A program made the position numbers and the translations under genes. A stretch of DNA of 64,000 nucleotides from Amoebidium appalachense (taxonomy: Eukaryota; Protista; Ichthyosporea). Below, one piece after another: positions 56,695 through 64,000 of the stretch (positions are counted from its first letter, which is position 1; each line of letters begins with the position of its first letter). The stretch spans positions 3,100,001-3,164,000 of the forward strand of contig CAVNZM010000015.1 of assembly GCA_963693365.1 (NCBI GenBank), written 5' to 3'. A model generated the notes under the pieces. The model searched no databases. It was not told where the DNA came from and saw only the letters and a program-made list of their open reading frames with translations.

Positions 56695-57702
56695 TCACTC
56701 CTCATCTGCGGCTTTAGCCTTGCTCTCAAACAGCTTGTACATTGCCTTTGTGATCTTCACGTCGTGGTCTGTGCGGCAATGGTGCTGCAGGCTCCTCAGC
56801 TCCTGGTAGCTCTTGTGGCACAGAAAGCACCCAAACGGGAGCGTCAGCTGAGCACGTCTCCTGCGCAGACGTCTCTGCAGGCCGGTCTGTGAGCCTCTCC
56901 TACACACGGCCAGGCTGTCGTTCGAAGGGGAGGAATGTGTGGAAGGGGTGGATGAACGGCGCTTGCTTTTGTGCGAGTCCACCATTGGTGCCCTGCTCTC
57001 AGTGAAACTGCGGGGAGACTCTGGGGAGCTGGGAATGAGACTGGCTGCACTAGCCGAGTTGTTAACGTGGTCGCTGGAATGGTGACGGCTAGTCTGCAAG
57101 TTTACTTGAGAGGTTGGTGGGCTGAATAGATTGGAAGGGCCGGGAAGTTCTATGGATTTTACGGGCAAGGGTGGTGGGGCAGGCATCAGCTCTAGAGGGG
57201 CTGAGTTTGCACGTGCACGAACAAGGGGATTGTTGGGGTGTGGAGGAGATTGTTCCAGAACCTGGTCTTCAATGGGGGACCGAAACGGGTCGTGTGCGAT
57301 TGCGTATTCAGAGAGGGGGGATGAAAATTTGTTTTGCTGTGTGGTGTAGTTGCTTGGTGGGGAGAAATAGCTGAGGTCCAGTGATGGGCTGTATGCTGCC
57401 AGATTGGGCGTGGAGATGCTGTGCTGGTTGTACATGTGCATTTCATTGCAAAAACCATATGGGGCCGGGGCAGGAGCTGCAGATGAGGTCAAAAACTCGA
57501 GCTCGAGATTGCCCAGTTCACCGCACAAGTGGGAAAGTTCGTTGTAACTGTTTTGGCTGGCAGGCTTATTGTTTGAGTTGCTAAGTTCTGCTTGTTGTAT
57601 AAGTTGAGAAACAAAGTCTTCGTCGAGTTCCATTATGCCGAACTCTGGGCATGCTGGTAAGCATGACATTGGTGCCATTTTTCTAACGTTGTCCATGAGC
57701 AT
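56695..57702 (-). CDS. Intronless single C2H2 zinc-finger protein (paralogue A), 335 aa
   Basis: Acidic N-terminus, Ser/Pro-rich middle, basic RRLRRRR, then FGCFLCHKSYQELRSLQHHCRTDH (C-x2-C-x12-H-x4-H). Confidence 0.88.
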   Translation of the reverse strand: MLMDNVRKMAPMSCLPACPEFGIMELDEDFVSQLIQQAELSNSNNKPASQNSYNELSHLCGELGNLELEFLTSSAAPAPAPYGFCNEMHMYNQHSISTPNLAAYSPSLDLSYFSPPSNYTTQQNKFSSPLSEYAIAHDPFRSPIEDQVLEQSPPHPNNPLVRARANSAPLELMPAPPPLPVKSIELPGPSNLFSPPTSQVNLQTSRHHSSDHVNNSASAASLIPSSPESPRSFTESRAPMVDSHKSKRRSSTPSTHSSPSNDSLAVCRRGSQTGLQRRLRRRRAQLTLPFGCFLCHKSYQELRSLQHHCRTDHDVKITKAMYKLFESKAKAADEE

Positions 57703-59349
57703 GAGGTGGCTGATAGAACTCCGAAAACGACGCCGTAAGCGTTTTTTGTTTTATGCAAGAAGTAAGACGAAATGATATGGAACTGTAATTTCAATTCTGT
57801 TTTTTTGTAACCTTCTTGCTCTTATAAATGAGCTAAAGCTGCAGGTTCGTTTAGTTTTCCTGTGCGTTTCTTTCCTCTCTCGCTGTTCTGTTCAGATGGG
57901 GCCTACTGTATGAATGGGACGGCAGGTGCACCTGGTCCAGTTTTTATACTCCTTCGGAGCCTCGATGATTTCCCGATTTTAAACATACGGCGAAATCTAC
58001 GATACCGTTTGGTGCCTCATTGGCGCAGAAGCTTCTGTAGTCATGGCGTTTCGGCTCAATCCGCACCTATCGGGCGACAAACACAATCAACGGTTGGTGC
58101 TTTATCATGTAATGCTCTAGCAGTTTTGGTAACCCTAATGTAACTAATAGGCCAAGACAATTCTGATTGGGCAAGCAATAGTACTATTTTTGATTGGGTA
58201 GCTCCCCATTCATGGGATCCAATAGGTTTAGCGGGACGTTTTTCGATTTGGATCAAATTGAAACGCAGGAATGTAATGGCATGATCGCCAAGGTCACCGC
58301 CCTTGGGCCTTATCATTTCAACCAACCGCGCTGATTATTCAAAAATGAATAAACACCAACTGAACATTATGAGCCTTAATATTTATATTCCTATTTCAAT
58401 GGCCATTGAAACCTCTCGGGAGTTTCTACGCACTCGACCCAGGTGTTGATGCACGGCGGCACGTGCACGGCTATTTTGGGAATGAGAATATGTGACGTCA
58501 TGCCTCAGGTAAACCAATCCGCCCAACCGGAAACAGACTTCATAACCAAATAAAGATATATAAAAAAACCTTGAGTGCGGCCCAACAATCCGATAACAAG
58601 ACTGAAGTTCTGTGGTGCCCGGCAATGCCCACACCGTTGAAGGACGCCAAAGCTGGCATAAACCGAAATGAAGGAAATCCATCATCAACACCACATGCTA
58701 ATATCGCATATATGTGGTACCGCGGTGCATCGGGCGCTTATTTTAGCAATTGTACATTTAGCCTCAGCTGGTTGCGGAAGGCATGCCTTGTGGGAGGGTT
58801 TGTATCTTATAAGCGGATTTGAGCGTACCTGCTGATCAGACTCAATGAGACGTCATCACTCGTCACAACCCCCGGTGAGTCGGTGACGACCGTGGCGGCG
58901 GCGGCCCCACAACATAATTTATTGCCATCGAGATCTCTCATAGGGCCAGATGATACGTGTCATGGATATGCACGTATTACATTTCAGTGGCTTTGAACTC
59001 ATGGGACCATACGTGTGGGCTCCGTACGTGGCGAGTTGAATTTACAGCTACGTGCACGTGGCCGTATATGCATGGGCCATCTAGTGGGCAAATTTAACTG
59101 TAGGAATCGATGTGGCAGTTTGACTCAGGGCATGCACATGCTATCTGAGCATGCTACCACACTTTGTACTGAGTAAAGTGATTGTTGACATGGCTCTGAT
59201 GTGCATGAGCCCTAATGATCATGAAATCTAAAGCTTTCTGTTCGCTTCTGAACCTCCAAATTCTACAGTAAGACGCGGTACGTACATCGTGTGCACATAC
59301 GTTGGTTCGTTGCGGGTGTGGGCAATAATATATAATTTGTGTGTTTGTG

Positions 59350-59402
<53 letters not shown>

Positions 59403-59547
59403 ACGTGTATGTGTGTGTGTGTAGTGTGCGTGTGTGCCTGTGTGCCTGCGTGCGTGCATGCATGCGTGCGTGCATGCATGCGTGCGTGCGTGCGTGTGTG
59501 TTCACGTGTGTGCGTGTGTGTACATGTGCGTGTGCGTGTGCGTGTGC

Positions 59548-59677
<130 letters not shown>

Positions 59678-60083
59678 ATGTGTGGTCCCTGCCCATTTAT
59701 CCCCATTTTATTTCACACATTCACCTTGTCTATGTACTATTGGTGCTTTGAGGGCTCGCTGCTGCAGTCTGTGTGTGTGTGTGTGATGTTTTTGTTTTTT
59801 TTCTCGTGACACTTGCAACACGGTGTGCAGCCCAGCTCGTGCAACGGTTCAAACATTCCGAGCGCCGGGGATCTACCCACCTGCACCAATCATCTGTGTA
59901 AAGCCAAGTAACTATTGACAATGCATGATTAATACGCAATAGATGATTGCGTGAGCGTCCGATCACCGCGGGATGTGAACAGCTGAGCGGATTAGGTGAT
60001 GACTGAAACATTTTCTCCAATGAAAATCTAAAATAAATTTTGGAATGTCGCCGCACCAAGAAATTCCAGTGATAAGCAGCGGG

Positions 60084-60092
60084 TATATAAAT
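60084..60092 (+). promoter_or_regulatory. TATA-box-like element upstream of zinc-finger paralogue B
   Basis: TATATAAAT about 170 bp upstream of the ATG at 60255. Confidence 0.4.
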
Positions 60093-60254
60093 AGACTTGG
60101 CTTGATCATCAAGTTAGTGGTCACGTCATCAACACGAAGTATCGAGCAAAACAGGAAAACGAACAGTGGTTTGGAATAGACTATTTGCATAAAGTAATAA
60201 GTCGATTTAGCTTCAGAAGAACAGACTAAAAGCGTATGCGACACAATTACCAAC

Positions 60255-61262
60255 ATGTTGTCGATGTCCACCTCATTTAGCTTTAAATTTGATGATTTTT
60301 TGTCTCTCGATCGCGACGTATCATCAACATCCAAATTTCAGGTAACAGAGCCGAATACGAAGAAAATGGCCTCCACTCCCTACTTTCCAGTATGCCCTGA
60401 ACTAGACATATTGGAATTCAACGAACAATACTTAGATCAACTCATAAAGCAGGCAGAACTTCGCAACCTGAACACTTGTTATCACAACAACGAAACACTA
60501 TTTAACGAACTGTGCAATGATTTCGAACTTCACAGCTTTGAGCTCGAACATCTCACAGAAGCCGCCGTCTCGGTCTCAGCGCCATACCACTGCAATGGGA
60601 TGAACGAACAGCACAGCATCTCTACGCCAAAATTATCAGCACACAGCCCAACGTTTGACCTCAGCTATAGCTCTCCACTGAACACTTTAATAGCAAGTTC
60701 TAGTTCAAACACATGTTGTGCATTCTCTTCCCCTCCGTCTTCACCACACACCATGGCCATGGCGAACGACCTGTACGAATTCCAGTCACCCGTACAGTGT
60801 CACTCTCCCGCCTCCGATTTCACTCAATCCAACCCCTGTAATTCGAGCGATAACGTTAACGTGCACAGCACAAGCGCAAACAGTTTCGTTAAAATTTCCA
60901 GCTCGGTGGAGCTGCCTCCCCTCATTTTCACCGAAGGCAAGAACACACATGCACCCACACCCACACCTTCTGCCGTTGATGTGTGCACGAGCAAGCGTCG
61001 TTCATCTACTCCGTCCACACATAATTATTCCTCATCTTCCAGCGAGAGCCTTCCCTCGTATCGGCAGAGCTCACACACCGGCCGGCAAAGACGTCTGCGC
61101 AGGAGGCGTGCGCAGCTGACGCTCCCGTTTGGATGCTTTCTGTGCCACAAGAGCTACCAGGAGCTGAGGAGCCTGCAGCACCATTGCCGCACAGACCACG
61201 ACGTGAAGATCACAAAGGCCATGTATGAGCTGTTTGAGAGCAAGGCTGCGATGACGGGATGA
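60255..61262 (+). CDS. Intronless single C2H2 zinc-finger protein (paralogue B), 335 aa
   Basis: Collinear with paralogue A (CPE...LIxQAEL...NQHSISTP vs EQHSISTP...SKRRSSTPSTH), with an identical zinc-finger peptide. Confidence 0.88.
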   Translation: MLSMSTSFSFKFDDFLSLDRDVSSTSKFQVTEPNTKKMASTPYFPVCPELDILEFNEQYLDQLIKQAELRNLNTCYHNNETLFNELCNDFELHSFELEHLTEAAVSVSAPYHCNGMNEQHSISTPKLSAHSPTFDLSYSSPLNTLIASSSSNTCCAFSSPPSSPHTMAMANDLYEFQSPVQCHSPASDFTQSNPCNSSDNVNVHSTSANSFVKISSSVELPPLIFTEGKNTHAPTPTPSAVDVCTSKRRSSTPSTHNYSSSSSESLPSYRQSSHTGRQRRLRRRRAQLTLPFGCFLCHKSYQELRSLQHHCRTDHDVKITKAMYELFESKAAMTG

Positions 61263-61865
61263 TCAAATTGTAATGTTTGGAAGGCGAATGTTGAACATTG
61301 ATCATCGTCGTAGTACTACCTTACAGCATTTCATGTGTTCCCAATAGTCATGATTCGAATGAAATGAATGTCTAGTAATGATCATGTTAGTATGATCATT
61401 TGAATCCCCTTTAACTGTTAAGATAGATCCGCAACATTTATGAGTGTGCATTAATCGAGCCTATTATGCCCTGAACTTGTAAATATATTGGACAGGAAAT
61501 GCAATTGTACGTGTGCTGGCCATAAAGCCTGCCAGCTAGCCTAACGGTTACTGTAGCTGGTAGGCGATCAAAATTTAATGTAGTACTTCTACTGAATGTT
61601 GTGACCGGGAGGACATATACGGCTGCAGCAAGCCTCTGAATTAAACTCAATGACTCAGAAAGCCATGCCGTCCTGTTGTGCTTTCTTCAACCGACCGCAG
61701 AAATTTAACCGTAACACAAGTCCCCATATATCCATGTACATGTATACGTACATATTATACAGGCACGGCATCACAGTGTGTGCTTACGCCCATGGAACAG
61801 CGTGGCGGCGGCAGCGGCAGTGGCAGTGGTGGCGATGTTGTTGGTGGCGGTGGCTCAGGGAAGCA

Positions 61866-61898
<33 letters not shown>

Positions 61899-62163
61899 AA
61901 TATACGTTTGTATCAGCCCTTGCAGGTGTGTGCATGTACGATTATGTTTTGTGCCGGATGTGGCACCTCAAACCAATGGCATGTGAAGTTACCGGGCCGC
62001 ATTCCGTTTCAAACCCTCGTGTTGTATGTTGAAGTGACATCAGCACACTGTTTATTGAAGATGAAACTGCACATATTAATAGGCAATGTATTGACGATTC
62101 CTAATATATTTTAAATCCATGCACCGAGGGGTTGGTGTCCCCCCCCCCTCCCCCCCTCCCCCC

Positions 62164-62194
<31 letters not shown>

Positions 62195-62957
62195 AAAAAA
62201 AAAAAAAAAACACCAATCAACACACCAGAGGAGAGCTTGTTCTATTCCATTGTGCGATCATCTTTGCTCCGATCAAAATCCTTCACACGGCGTGGCTGGG
62301 ATAGTAACCCTGGGCAAAGTGTGTACTTATAGTAAGGTTTGTGAATGATCGTTTAGCTTAGCTGAGCACATAGATAGCAACCTAACTAGCATACTGTCGG
62401 TGCTGTGTGGTAGACGGCAGTTCCCTCCAGGGTATGCAAAGGTCCTCCGGGAACAAAACGTGATAAAAAAAAAAAAGAGAGAGAGAAATGAGTTGGGAAA
62501 ACGTTAAGGTAGTTGAGCTCATGGCTACCCATGCATATGGCCATGTGGCTGTATGTGTGAGGTCGACACTCAGGCTGTTTTTTTGTGTGTGTTTGTGCAG
62601 TCTACTTCCGGCACTAATATGGTGTCACGGCCGCGGGCGGGAAAAGTAGTTATTATTAATAATATGAGAGGCCCATTCGCCTTTTTTGTGTCAAGTTGTG
62701 TGTGTCTATTCAACGGCTTGTGTTTTTTCTTTTTTAAAAAATGGCACACGCACACGTGTGCCTTTTAAAATCAACTGCAAGTAACACTCTTTGCGATTGC
62801 TGCTTGCGATAATCATTCTTTTATGCGCCCTTGTTCCTCAGAGACAGAGTGGTAGATACGGAAGGGTGCACACGAGCAAAAAAAGAATATAAACGAAAGG
62901 AAAGCATGTGTTATAGTGCCCTGTGTATATATTTGTTGATTTATCCGGTGCATGCAC

Positions 62958-63923
62958 GATCGCATTGGTGGCTACGGACAAGGAGGGGAATAATGTCGGG
63001 AACTGCCTCAATTGGGCAAACGCCGTGCTCGTAGGAGACGCTAAGGCGACGGACGGTTCTACCGTACGAGTGCGATAAAATCAGCAATTGGCGAAGCGGT
63101 GGTTTTAGCAAAGCCGCTGCAAAGGTTTTGCATGCACCCGCCGAAGCCCAGGGTTAACCATTTTCCCAAGCTATGGACGGTGATGCAGGTACTGTGTACA
63201 TGAGCCCATATTCCAACCCTAACCCCAACCAAAGCCCTCCGCAATATTTCGTTCTCGACTTAGGTGCCAAATTTGAAACGAGCCGGTTTACCTACTTGCC
63301 GCGACAGGCCGGACCTACGGGACGTACTGCCGGCTTTGAATATTATTTATCGAATAGCCCGGACGTGTGGGGCGCCCGTCACAACGGGAAAATGGAGTAA
63401 AGACGATGCGAACCTTCAAACCGTCTCTTTTCCGACAACTCCGGCGCGGTATGTTATGTTTAACATGACGAAAGGGAATGCAAACGTAGTGAGCATACAG
63501 GAATTTGATATAGTTGTGATGGGCGCGAGTGAAGAGGTGCCATGTGGACGTGAGAGTTTTTTCCTTGTTCCGGCCCCGCCAGAGGGTTCTTTTTCGCGCA
63601 CTACAGCTACGGATGTGTGCGGTAGGCAAGGGCTCATGTTTGCTGGTGTGACTTCGCTGGAAACTGCAAAAGTCAAAGGTGTGTTATTTTTCCGGAAAAT
63701 TCGATGTGAAATTCGAAATAGTTACTGATCAATGGAAGCATTAGTATCTTCTCTAGCCACAACACATCCCCCCCCCCCCCCCCCCCTATCCTCCCCCCTC
63801 CCCCCCCCAGCGGACACCCCCCTTCCCCCCCTCCCCCCCCCCCCCCCCTCCCCTCCCCCCTCCAACCCCCCAAAAAAGGCCTGCGTAGAGATTAATGCAA
63901 GGCCCATACTGATTGGAGAGTAA
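62958..63923 (+). pseudogene. Disrupted carbohydrate-binding module gene: NPCBM-like end, F5/8 type C (CBM32), C-type-lectin-like segment
   Basis: IALVATDKEGNNVGNCLNWANAVL; AMDGDAGT...YFVLDLG...FTYLPRQ...FEYYLS...W...PVTTGKW...VSFPTTPARYV; FFLV...SRTTATDVCGRQG. In-frame TAA at 63155-63157 and frameshifts near 63058 and 63375. Confidence 0.7.
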
Positions 63924-64000
63924 AAATTAGCGCACTGCGTATCAAATGTCGATAAAGTGCGATGATTCGCCCCGTCTCCCTCTCGTTTCGACATTCGTGA

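Overview
Eukaryotic, intron-rich DNA saturated with (CA)n/(GT)n, (CT)n and long poly(C)/poly(G) tracts, so most ORFs in the supplied track are microsatellite artefacts. The organism cannot be determined from the window. Supported content, in order: (1) a phase-consistent multi-exon gene of unknown function (+, ~0.66-6.8 kb). (2) A ~26-kb decayed tandem array (~8-34 kb) of at least 13 diverged copies of an unrecognised protein-coding module. (3) Inside that array, two head-to-tail, nearly identical 5'-truncated non-LTR retrotransposon copies, plus an adjacent 1.6-kb TA-flanked TIR element that carries a non-transposase cargo ORF. (4) An 11-exon gene for a signal-peptide-bearing multi-pass membrane protein (-), head-to-head with a two-exon gamma-class carbonic anhydrase gene with a mitochondrial-type presequence. 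(5) A decayed element with a possible tyrosine-recombinase/TopIB-type catalytic signature (~49-50 kb) and an internally deleted relative at ~4.7 kb. (6) A divergent pair of intronless C2H2 zinc-finger paralogues with a homogenised 3' end. (7) An NPCBM/F5-8(CBM32)/lectin-like pseudogene at the right edge. All gene models and family assignments were made by eye; no searches were run.
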